From assembly GCA_000002435.2 (NCBI GenBank), contig CM018789.1: a stretch of DNA of 64,000 nucleotides; one strand, written 5' to 3'. A model generated the notes under the pieces. The model made no database searches, had not been told where the DNA came from, and was given only the letters and a program-made list of their open reading frames with translations. Shown piece by piece: positions 40,416-49,225 of the stretch (positions within the stretch are counted from its first letter, which is position 1; each line of letters begins with the position of its first letter). The position numbers and the translations under genes were made by a program. This DNA comes from Giardia intestinalis. Taxonomy: Eukaryota.

Positions 40416-41498
40416 ATGGCGCAGAACTTCAAATGCATCGATCTCTGCCTTCTACTGCACAATATACTAAAGATTGAAGATATTGAATTGGCAGTTGAGG
40501 TCACAAATCGCTCTGTACAGCGTTCATTCTCTTTAAGGGATGCAGCGACTGTCTGGCTCAACTGCCTGCAGAACCCTTCATATGCGAGATATCTTTTGGT
40601 ATCCATTCTTCAGGAGCTTGAGAAAGGAACCTTACAAGCATCAACACTCCCATCTGAGTTTGTAATGAGACGGTTATGGACTCTGCCCCAAATTCTTCTC
40701 TACCTTTATAGTCAGTTCCATATAGTGACCGCACAGCAAAATGCACCAAACTTCTTGCACTGCCTGCCGGAGTTTTCCTCTCACGAGAATATCTCTGACC
40801 GGTGTCTACTCATGATCAAGCAATACTTCAAGCGTAACATGGCCCAGTTAGGCGGGAGTGAGTGGCTTACCCTGGAGCAGCTTACCCACCCGTCTCTAAC
40901 TGGAAAAGAGGCACTTCATTCACAGCAGAGTGTGATGTTTTCCAACCAGGTCAATATCGTGTTAGTAGACTCAATAGGTTCTCGTGACGCAAAGCCGACA
41001 GATCCTAGGTCACCGCTTATATCTGCAGCCATGGAGTCACGTCTTGCAAAGCACAATACACTCCAATCTTTGTTTGACGAAGCATCCATAGAATTGGATC
41101 TTTTGAAGTGTTTCAGGCCCTCGCTCTCCGACCCAGGAACGGTTGTTATAATCAGCTGCGCAGGAACCGCCATTTTTTCCCCTAAAAAGGGAGATTCTTC
41201 ACTTGTGATTGGCACCTCCAAGAGCGCGAATATTTCCTTGCGCACAGTTTGTCCAACTGCGGCCCTGCAGCACCTTATTCTCACCTTTGACGCCGATAAG
41301 TGTTCATCTTTAATATCCAACATTGGCTATGAGCAATCTGTCTTCTATATGATCTATAAACCCGGGTTCAAATCCACCGCGGTTGACCTTAGACCTGGTG
41401 GCAAGCTGTTTTTCAATCTCACGCACAATTATGAGTCCAGACCTGTTATGGTTGCTGTTTACATTTATGGTTTTCCTCTCCTTATGTATGTCTTTTAA
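40416..41498 (+). CDS. Hypothetical protein, 360 aa
   Basis: ATG 'ATGGCGCAGAAC', TAA stop. No domain recognised. Confidence 0.6.
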   Translation: MAQNFKCIDLCLLLHNILKIEDIELAVEVTNRSVQRSFSLRDAATVWLNCLQNPSYARYLLVSILQELEKGTLQASTLPSEFVMRRLWTLPQILLYLYSQFHIVTAQQNAPNFLHCLPEFSSHENISDRCLLMIKQYFKRNMAQLGGSEWLTLEQLTHPSLTGKEALHSQQSVMFSNQVNIVLVDSIGSRDAKPTDPRSPLISAAMESRLAKHNTLQSLFDEASIELDLLKCFRPSLSDPGTVVIISCAGTAIFSPKKGDSSLVIGTSKSANISLRTVCPTAALQHLILTFDADKCSSLISNIGYEQSVFYMIYKPGFKSTAVDLRPGGKLFFNLTHNYESRPVMVAVYIYGFPLLMYVF

Positions 41499-41514
41499 TG
41501 CACAACACCCTCAC

Positions 41515-43029
41515 CTAGCTATACTGGGGAGCCCGCAAGTCTCTTCTGTTAACGTCCACGGTTATTCCTGCTCGATTGAGGATATTGACGGCCTCTGCTA
41601 TCTGGCTCTGCATCTTCTCCAGTTTCTCCTTCTTCGCACTTAGCTCTAAATCAGCAATATGGTCGGCTGTTTCTTTCGGTATGGTGTAGTCTATGGAGTT
41701 GGAGCGCGATCGTCTCGTAGACTCAGGTGTCTGGCTCGCTCCAGAGACACCAGAGTGATACCTTTTGATAAGGTCTCCGACAGACATTAGAGCAGGCTCT
41801 TGTGGGCTCTGTGAAAATGAAACACTAGATGCCGAATCACGTGGCCGATGCTCCACGGTTCTCACTCCGCCCAGATCAGAGTGTGAGAAGCTTCCTCTAG
41901 TGTCTTCAGGTACGTAGCTTTCATCGTACAGCTGCTGATAGCGAACACTTCCTGGGCTTTGGGCAGCCGACCAATGACCGTCCTGGTTCCGTACTTTGCT
42001 CCGTGATGTGGACTGTACGCTCGACAAGGCATAGTCTGATGGGACATCGCTTTCGCGGAGAGACGGACATTTGGGTGGCTTGAGGCTCTGGTAGGGGCGT
42101 AAACTCTCGCTGTACGGCTGAGATTCCTGGATCATGCTGACAGGGTCGTAGGGAGCAAAACTTTCATTTGAACGCAGCCTATCATCCATCGGCCGCAAAG
42201 ACTCGTCATAACAACTAAACCTAGTACTGCCGGGTCCATCGTTGTATGAGCGCTCGTACTCTCTATAGGTATCCTGCATTCTCTCTGAGAAGGAATGCCT
42301 GGGTGAGAGTACCGTGTTCCGTGGACGTGCAGGGCCCTTCGAGTTCGCGTATCCTGAAGAGCTAGCTCCTGCACTCATGGACCTTCCAAGGGTTGATTTC
42401 CCCATGCCCTTATCCATGCGGCTGCTGGTAAGATTGCTCGCATTTTGAGATTTGTTTAGCGGAGCACCATAAGACTTAGTCACAGAGAAGGTTCGCGAAT
42501 TCTGAAGCATGTCCTTCAGTTTGGAGTTATTTTTCTCGGCTACCGTGCGCAGCTTCTCCGCAGCTACAGCCTTGTACTCTGCATTCTTGACGGCCCGGGT
42601 AGTGTTCCGGAGCTCAGTCTTGTGCTCTTCACGTTCAGTGCTCAATGTTTTTTGTAGAGTGCGGATTTCTTCTTTCAATTGTGCGTTTTCGTTTTCCCGA
42701 GCAGTTACTTGTGCAGAAAGAGCCTCGTACTTATTTTTCAGTGAAATGAAATCCTGTCTAATACGGACGTCGTTGCTCTCTGCCATGTCAATGACTTTAA
42801 TGAATGCATCCGCGATATCGTAGTAGTTACGTTCTGTTGGGTTGATAAAGTTGATGGTGTACATGACTCCCAGCGTGCGGAGACGCCTGGTTATATTTCG
42901 AGCTGCAGAGGCCAGCTGCGAGTCGATAACATCGGTGGTTAGGCGCCTGGACACAGAGTACCTATCCGAAGAGACAACTTCATAGAGGCCATCCTCTCGT
43001 GGCTCTTCATACATGCTAAACTTGCTCAT
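41515..43029 (-). CDS. Hypothetical coiled-coil / Ser-rich protein, ~504 aa
   Basis: The track ORF starts at GTG (43038); first ATG is codon 4 ('MSKFSMYEEPRED...'). Heptads 'ALSAQVTARENENAQLKEEIRTLQKTLSTEREEHKTELR' followed by an S-rich C-half. Confidence 0.65.
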   Translation of the reverse strand: MSKFSMYEEPREDGLYEVVSSDRYSVSRRLTTDVIDSQLASAARNITRRLRTLGVMYTINFINPTERNYYDIADAFIKVIDMAESNDVRIRQDFISLKNKYEALSAQVTARENENAQLKEEIRTLQKTLSTEREEHKTELRNTTRAVKNAEYKAVAAEKLRTVAEKNNSKLKDMLQNSRTFSVTKSYGAPLNKSQNASNLTSSRMDKGMGKSTLGRSMSAGASSSGYANSKGPARPRNTVLSPRHSFSERMQDTYREYERSYNDGPGSTRFSCYDESLRPMDDRLRSNESFAPYDPVSMIQESQPYSESLRPYQSLKPPKCPSLRESDVPSDYALSSVQSTSRSKVRNQDGHWSAAQSPGSVRYQQLYDESYVPEDTRGSFSHSDLGGVRTVEHRPRDSASSVSFSQSPQEPALMSVGDLIKRYHSGVSGASQTPESTRRSRSNSIDYTIPKETADHIADLELSAKKEKLEKMQSQIAEAVNILNRAGITVDVNRRDLRAPQYS

Positions 43030-43119
43030 TTGCCGCACAGGCTCAGGTTTTGGCTTTAATCTTGATGCGTATGAATCCTACCTTTAAAACTTAAATACTT
43101 TTGCCACAGTCGCTGAAAA

Positions 43120-43440
43120 ATGGCAGAGACGGCGGATCAGAACGTAGCCCAAAGGCTTGCGTCTGCAGAGAAGAAGGTGGACGATCTGACAGAGATAGTG
43201 AAACACGCGTCGTCGGAGAAGGATAAAGCACTCATGCACGAGGTCTTGACCTTCTTGAGGGAGCACCATGCACATTTGATAGAAGCCAATGCAAGGATTG
43301 TGGCAGCAGAGGCACGGGCCTCTGAACTGGAAGCGCGGAATAAGGGACTAGAAGAAGCCTTAGAGAAGCGCGACTACCAGATCGAGCACCTGTCCCGAAA
43401 TATGGCTAGTGTTCTAGACAAAAAGGTTTACAGATGTTAA
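43120..43440 (+). CDS. Small coiled-coil protein, 106 aa
   Basis: ATG after 'cgctgaaaaATG'. 'ASELEARNKGLEEALEKRDYQIEHLSRN'. Confidence 0.5.
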   Translation: MAETADQNVAQRLASAEKKVDDLTEIVKHASSEKDKALMHEVLTFLREHHAHLIEANARIVAAEARASELEARNKGLEEALEKRDYQIEHLSRNMASVLDKKVYRC

Positions 43441-43712
43441 TACACAGGCCTGTAATCACCAGAACAAAGGAGTAGACGGTTTTCTCTGTCGCTAAGCATG
43501 GCTATATCTCCTTCTTAGACTGCCAGCCTGTAAACTCTTAAATTGACTTTGTGGACCGAGGCATACACCGATGCGTGGACGCGCTGGAGCCGCTCTTACT
43601 GACACGTGACAGGATGGCTGTCACATGGTAGCAGGACACTTCTACATCAAGTGAGCCCAGCAATCCTCTGCACATGTGTACCTGAAAAGATATTTGTATG
43701 AAATCTCACAAA

Positions 43713-44888
43713 TTAAAAATCACTTCCAACAGTACTAAAGCTACTCTCGTCCTCTACATCCTCTCCTCTATGATGCTTATAGTGGACAGGGTACTTCGTA
43801 AGTCCTATGGCGTTTCCATATTTAGCAAGCTGCTTCCCGGGCTCTGTTTGGGTCTTCACCTCAATGAATTCTATATAGTTGCTATGCTGCGCCATGTATT
43901 CTTGGATTTGCTTGCGTATAGTCAGGTCTCTCCCCTGAGAAATCACCGTACTAACGAGTACAGTGCTCAGAGCTGTCGGGTTGGTCTTCAAAATTTCCAG
44001 GACATCGTGGACAGTATAGTGTGCCAAATCCTCGTTCTTCGCGAAGTTTATCCTGAAATCCTCAATAACCTCTGATGCTCGACGCCACCGACAATCGCCT
44101 ATGACGCTGGCAACCTCCTTGTTTGTCATAGCCTCCAGAATCGCCTTGTGAAGAGTCGGCTGGCTTGTCTGAATGACCACATGATGAATCAACTTGAAGG
44201 GCTCTTTACCACCTAACTCATCTCTGTAATACTGTGCAAACTTCGCCGTCACTTCTTGGAGCCCACAGATCAAAAGGAGCTTGATGGTTCCCTTAACGAT
44301 CTCTGTTTTAAGAGCAGTGCATATGGCTTTAAAGAATGATGCGAATGCCGTTGTTACCTTAGACTCATTGTATCTGGTCTTTTTAGGAATAGTGCATGTG
44401 ATGGAAGGACACGGTACAACCATCAGCTCATTGACGAAGCCTATCTTCGCTGTTCCGTCACGGAGAATGAGGAGAGCCAGGGTATCACATCCCCGCACCG
44501 CATTGCAAGATTCTTCGAGGTCTTTGAGCTGCTGATTGGTCCAGTGCTCCTTGATGATAGCCACTGCCTTATTGATTTGCAACCATAATGAATGTGAGGA
44601 GCCTCGCATGATATCCTCTACCTCTGTTACCACCGTTCCGCGCACATGGAGGGTTTCAGCCCCATCGTAGTCTATTTCTTGAACCGCTATGGTAAGTGTA
44701 AGAGCCTTCCTCACCGTTGTCGTCCCTGCGTCTCCTTTCTCTCTGATGATCTTTCGGGTTGTGTGGCATGAGACCCGATCTCCACGACGAATGAGTTCCG
44801 AAAGAAGGTAAAGGTCTACCTCCTCTGTCGGGCACACCTTAATATATCCCCCACTGTTCTGGTCGAGATCCCTTTTAATGATTTTCAT
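43713..44888 (-). CDS. DOM34: Pelota/Dom34 (eRF1-like mRNA surveillance factor), 391 aa
   Basis: 'MKIIKRDLDQNSGGYIKVCPTEEVDLYLLSELIRRGDRVSCHTTRKI' is collinear with Pelota 'MKLVKKDIEKDNAGQVTLVPEEPEDMWHTYNLVQVGDSLRASTIRKV'. eRF1-like central and C-terminal domains follow. Confidence 0.9.
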   Translation of the reverse strand: MKIIKRDLDQNSGGYIKVCPTEEVDLYLLSELIRRGDRVSCHTTRKIIREKGDAGTTTVRKALTLTIAVQEIDYDGAETLHVRGTVVTEVEDIMRGSSHSLWLQINKAVAIIKEHWTNQQLKDLEESCNAVRGCDTLALLILRDGTAKIGFVNELMVVPCPSITCTIPKKTRYNESKVTTAFASFFKAICTALKTEIVKGTIKLLLICGLQEVTAKFAQYYRDELGGKEPFKLIHHVVIQTSQPTLHKAILEAMTNKEVASVIGDCRWRRASEVIEDFRINFAKNEDLAHYTVHDVLEILKTNPTALSTVLVSTVISQGRDLTIRKQIQEYMAQHSNYIEFIEVKTQTEPGKQLAKYGNAIGLTKYPVHYKHHRGEDVEDESSFSTVGSDF

Positions 44889-45030
44889 TGTGTGCTATCG
44901 ACGACAGGTTTGTCTACAGGAACCAACCCCGAGGTTTAAAATTTGCAGGAGAGCCAGCTGCCATTTAAAGTAGAAATTCATTTAAATTTTGTGTCATAAG
45001 CAAGGTAAAAAGCGTAGGGCGTATCGCAGG

Positions 45031-48000
45031 ATGATAAGTCTTTGCCTAGCCGCCGGAAGCCTGCTTCTGGCCAGCTCCATCCTTGTGAGGCTCTGTTCGC
45101 ATTCCTTTATAGTCAATGTACACAATCTCAGCACTATGATCCTCGGCCTTTTTTCTCTACTGTTTCTAACGGGCTTCTTGTTTCTCTCTACAGATATTCA
45201 TATTTATCTAGGAATTTCGGTTATAACAGCAGGTCGTGCAACGTCCATCTTAGCCTGTCTTCATCTCTTATCCTTTTGGTGCCTTATTATTGTAACCTTT
45301 CAGACCCGCCTTTACTTCTTGTTGCTAAGCAGCACCCTTAAGCTTCTTCCCATTGTAACGCTTTTTGGTCTGATGACTCCCATTCTCTTACTTTCCGTTG
45401 GAGTTGTTTCGGTCTTAGACAGCATGTTCAGATTTATGTGGGTGCCTTTCTTTCTGATCTTGTGCATTGAGACCGCTAATTACTTTCTGTTCAAGTATCC
45501 TGATAGGATCATGTGGGCCATTATGCAGAGAATTGTCAGAACAACATCGTTGCAGACCTCTTCTGAGAGGCTATCTGTCGTTGCTTTACTACTGCCACCA
45601 GAGGCGGGTAAGGAATGTTTATTAGAGTCTGGCTCAGAGTCCGGCATTCAGAGATCTGCAGCAGGAGGGTTATCTGGCTTAAATACCCGGCCTACACACG
45701 TAAAGCTGAAGAAGACCATCGTGGATGGCCTGCCTGACTATTCGCCAGTTGCAGCAGATTGCGAGCCCACATATCAAAGCGTGTGGAAGCAACTAAATGA
45801 GAGTATTAATCTGAACGCTCCAACTACACGATCTTCCTTTGCTGCCATTATCTCTACTATCAAAAAGCATCGCTTTGCAGAAGCTCCACCTATAAATTTC
45901 TTTCCGCATATAGAGCCCACTATGTTCTACTTGGTGACTGTTTCTCTACTCTTTATCACTGCATTGGGTTTGAATGTATGCTATAAGTATTTGCTGCGTG
46001 GAAAGCTAATGGAGATACTCCCTCAGCTTATCCATTTCACCCACAAGAGCACTGAGTCCGAATACATGAGCTCGAGCGCTTCCATATACGCGACCTTCTT
46101 AGAGTTCATCAATAATTATAATATATTTCCTGCTATGCATGCCATTCTTATTCTGCAGATGATTTTTATAGTGCCTCTCTGCAATGGAAATACGGTAGAT
46201 GTGATGATGGTATTCACAAACCCCGTCATCTTTCAGGTCTTTGCACGCTGGCTTGAATCAAATCGATTTGGTGCACCGCTAGCCTTCTTAATAGATTGTT
46301 ATTTTTATCGCCAACGGCCCAGCTATGAGAGAATGATTGTCAACAAAATCTATGTTAAGTGGATTGATATGCTCGCAAACGGCATGCTTCCGTGTACTGG
46401 GATAGCTCTTTCAGAGGTAGAATTCCTTGTATCAAGAGTGATGTCCGCAGGACTGAACAAGCACTACTTCAATGATATGACCTCTTGCGATAACATGCTC
46501 TCAATACTCGATAGTTTCGGTACCACCTCTTCGGAGAAGCTACTGAGCAAGATCCGCGGGAAGCGAGGCCCCACTGGAGTAAGCTCAGCCTTCTGCTCCA
46601 CTAATACCTCAAATTATCACCTTAACAGATCTCTAAGTACAGACTTCGTGATTAATATGGATGTCTTCACTGCGATTGAGATAGAGCTCAGCATCATTGT
46701 CTATATATGTGCAATAAAGTTTGTATATTCTCTCGCTCCAATCTACTTTAGGACACTGGCATACCTCTCTACACTAGAGAATCATGCTACTATGCCGTGT
46801 GTTTTGTTTCGACTGGACAACATGGAACGTCAGGGACTCATGAAGGGTGTCTTCTCCAATCACATAACTGTTTCTGACCCTTTTCTCCCCAAGGGTGGCG
46901 AAAAGGCTCTCAGCAAAGGCGTTTCCAGTAAGAGCTATTGTAACATTTATTTGAAGATGCTGTTCAAATCGTTGTGCAACTATGCCGAAGCCGACCTGCG
47001 TTTAGAGCTAACTTTATTAGCGGTCCTGAACAAGTGTAGTCCAAACATCTTGTTTTCTGCAGTGACACCCAGAACGATTGCCAAGCTGTCTGAAGCACAT
47101 AAGAAGAGTCTGCTTCTGGATCAACTCACATTATTATCGAACATATCTGCATATAACATGAATTTAGATCCAAGGCAAAAGTTGGGTTCTACGCTACTTG
47201 CATCACAGAATTTAATTCTCAAGAATTTATCCCACACTAGAGCACGCAGGAACTCTCTCATCGGTCCTAAGATTCTATCATCAGGGAAGAGGGGCGCAGC
47301 CTCGGAAGCAGGCGAGGGCACCAAGGACAAGTCTCATATACCTGATAGCACCCTTTTTTCATACTTTGATTCATCAGAAGAGAAGCTTGTTACCCTCCTC
47401 AAAGAAATACTCCGGACGCGGAGGCTCGACACCGCCATGCAGTCCCGAATACTCACCGTCTGTCAGCTCTTGGATCCAGACTTGCATGTCAGCTCCGCTA
47501 TCCTGCAAGACAGCAAAGACCCATCTGCCAAGTCGGAGGACTGGGGAAAGCTTCTTAACGACATTAAAGGCATGAAATTGATGAATTTGACCGTAGATGA
47601 CAAGTCTGAGATTAGCGAGCAGCTGAGGACCCTGGACGAAGGAAGGTATGAGATAGAAAGACCGCAGAGCACACGGACTGTGTTGTCTTACAGCTCTTCT
47701 ACAAACATCTCTAAGCAATCTGTAGAGAATATGTTGCAGCTCTATTCCAAGCGATACCCAGAACATATACGGATGCCTGATGTTTCTCAGCGTGAATTTC
47801 GCGTGAATAACACATATTATAGACTCGACCAATCTGGAGAACTTGTACTTACTCTTCAGCAGCGCATTCTCCAGGCTGTGTTAAACATAGCGGTCATACG
47901 CACCTTGGAATATTTTGAAACTGGCGATGAGAGTGCCATGACATTGACCGTCACCTCAGAATTGGCAGAGAAATATGGAGTGGATTGTTCAAATATCAAG

Positions 48001-49146
48001 TTGGCGATAGAGTACAATTTGGACAAGATTTCCAAGTATATCTGCCAGAACATTGAGTCGTCTTCTTTCGATGTCAGTGCCATGAATACATATACACGCA
48101 CTTATGGACTGACGGCCGTTGGCTACATCCTTGCAAAGCTCCTGGGCATAACCACTTATTTTTCGATCCACGACAACGTGCTTTTGGCTGTTCTTATCGA
48201 GCTGGAGTCCTCTTATACAAGCACGCTGTATCACAACAAGCTTCATGCAGCAGACGTGGCCCAGATGTCCATGTACATGCTCAGTACCGTGTACTGTTCT
48301 CTCATCAGCGAATCCCCCAAGCATCCATTTTTATGTGTGTATAAAGCCATGCGGCAATACAAGGAGAGTGACTATTCTAGGCTCATAACAGAACAGCCCA
48401 GGCAGGCCCTTATCCGACCAGTTGATTTCTTGGCACTCCTATTTGGGTCTCTGTGCCATGATCTTGGCCACACAGGGATCGACAATCTCTTCTGTATTAA
48501 TACGGAGAATGCCTTAGCCCTCCTCTACAACGACGAGGCGCCCTTAGAGCATGCCCATGCAACGCTGTCATGGCACATCATCACACAGATGGCAGTCTAT
48601 TTCAAGCACTTCACACCATGTCAGTACCGCGAATTTAGAGCACTGTTTTTAGAAATTATTTTAGCAACCGATATGTCTACTCACTTCAATTTTCTCCGCC
48701 GCTTAGAAAGCCTCGACGAGGATTTAATTATTAAAATACTTGAGCACCACAATGATTCGGAGATTGCTTTGCTCAGATGGTACATTCTGAAAGTGTGTAT
48801 CAAGTTTGGAGATCTGTCCAATCCATGCAGGCCAATAGAAATAAGCACACGGTATGCAGTGGCCCTGATGAACGAGTTCTGGTCACTGGGTGACCTTATG
48901 CTAGAGTGTGGTCTGGAGCCAGACAAGATCAAGACCCGTCCACAGAAAGGTGAAGAGTCACTTATCATTGCCAACTCGCAAATTGGATTTACGCAGAGCA
49001 TCGTGAAGGGCTTCTGGACCGTTGTGGAGCGGTTTTGGAAAGCCTTGGCAGGTGTAGAGTTTAGCGACTTACAAGCGAATCTAAATGCAACCGTCGAGCA
49101 CTGGCAAAATGTGCGCTCAGAGATTGAGCTGGACAAGAAGGAGTAG
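45031..49146 (+). CDS. PDE: Membrane-bound class I 3',5'-cyclic-nucleotide phosphodiesterase (GlPDE-type), 1371 aa
   Basis: The track ORF starts at TTG 44989; first ATG is codon 15 (45031). Five or six N-terminal TM helices. C-terminal catalytic domain with 'YHNKLHAADVAQ', 'LCHDLGHTGIDNLF' (HD-x2-H-x3-N signature), 'ATDMSTHF', 'KFGDLSNPCRP'. Confidence 0.92.
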   Translation: MISLCLAAGSLLLASSILVRLCSHSFIVNVHNLSTMILGLFSLLFLTGFLFLSTDIHIYLGISVITAGRATSILACLHLLSFWCLIIVTFQTRLYFLLLSSTLKLLPIVTLFGLMTPILLLSVGVVSVLDSMFRFMWVPFFLILCIETANYFLFKYPDRIMWAIMQRIVRTTSLQTSSERLSVVALLLPPEAGKECLLESGSESGIQRSAAGGLSGLNTRPTHVKLKKTIVDGLPDYSPVAADCEPTYQSVWKQLNESINLNAPTTRSSFAAIISTIKKHRFAEAPPINFFPHIEPTMFYLVTVSLLFITALGLNVCYKYLLRGKLMEILPQLIHFTHKSTESEYMSSSASIYATFLEFINNYNIFPAMHAILILQMIFIVPLCNGNTVDVMMVFTNPVIFQVFARWLESNRFGAPLAFLIDCYFYRQRPSYERMIVNKIYVKWIDMLANGMLPCTGIALSEVEFLVSRVMSAGLNKHYFNDMTSCDNMLSILDSFGTTSSEKLLSKIRGKRGPTGVSSAFCSTNTSNYHLNRSLSTDFVINMDVFTAIEIELSIIVYICAIKFVYSLAPIYFRTLAYLSTLENHATMPCVLFRLDNMERQGLMKGVFSNHITVSDPFLPKGGEKALSKGVSSKSYCNIYLKMLFKSLCNYAEADLRLELTLLAVLNKCSPNILFSAVTPRTIAKLSEAHKKSLLLDQLTLLSNISAYNMNLDPRQKLGSTLLASQNLILKNLSHTRARRNSLIGPKILSSGKRGAASEAGEGTKDKSHIPDSTLFSYFDSSEEKLVTLLKEILRTRRLDTAMQSRILTVCQLLDPDLHVSSAILQDSKDPSAKSEDWGKLLNDIKGMKLMNLTVDDKSEISEQLRTLDEGRYEIERPQSTRTVLSYSSSTNISKQSVENMLQLYSKRYPEHIRMPDVSQREFRVNNTYYRLDQSGELVLTLQQRILQAVLNIAVIRTLEYFETGDESAMTLTVTSELAEKYGVDCSNIKLAIEYNLDKISKYICQNIESSSFDVSAMNTYTRTYGLTAVGYILAKLLGITTYFSIHDNVLLAVLIELESSYTSTLYHNKLHAADVAQMSMYMLSTVYCSLISESPKHPFLCVYKAMRQYKESDYSRLITEQPRQALIRPVDFLALLFGSLCHDLGHTGIDNLFCINTENALALLYNDEAPLEHAHATLSWHIITQMAVYFKHFTPCQYREFRALFLEIILATDMSTHFNFLRRLESLDEDLIIKILEHHNDSEIALLRWYILKVCIKFGDLSNPCRPIEISTRYAVALMNEFWSLGDLMLECGLEPDKIKTRPQKGEESLIIANSQIGFTQSIVKGFWTVVERFWKALAGVEFSDLQANLNATVEHWQNVRSEIELDKKE

Positions 49147-49184
49147 CTTGTGTGCCTGGCTATGGTGTAGCTGCGGTGGTAGTC

Positions 49185-49191
49185 AGTAAAC
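49185..49191 (+). terminator. Putative poly(A) signal AGTAAAC
   Basis: Matches the Giardia AGTRAAY consensus 39 nt after the PDE stop. Somewhat distal, hence low confidence. Confidence 0.3.
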
Positions 49192-49225
49192 CCCTGTTGT
49201 AGTATTCTCCGGAACAAAAAATCGA

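Noticed and set aside
41364-41375. 'GGGTTCAAATCC' T-loop-like motif suggesting a tRNA
   Set aside because: Lies inside the conserved-length ORF 40416..41498. Flanking sequence does not form acceptor/T stems. Judged coincidental.
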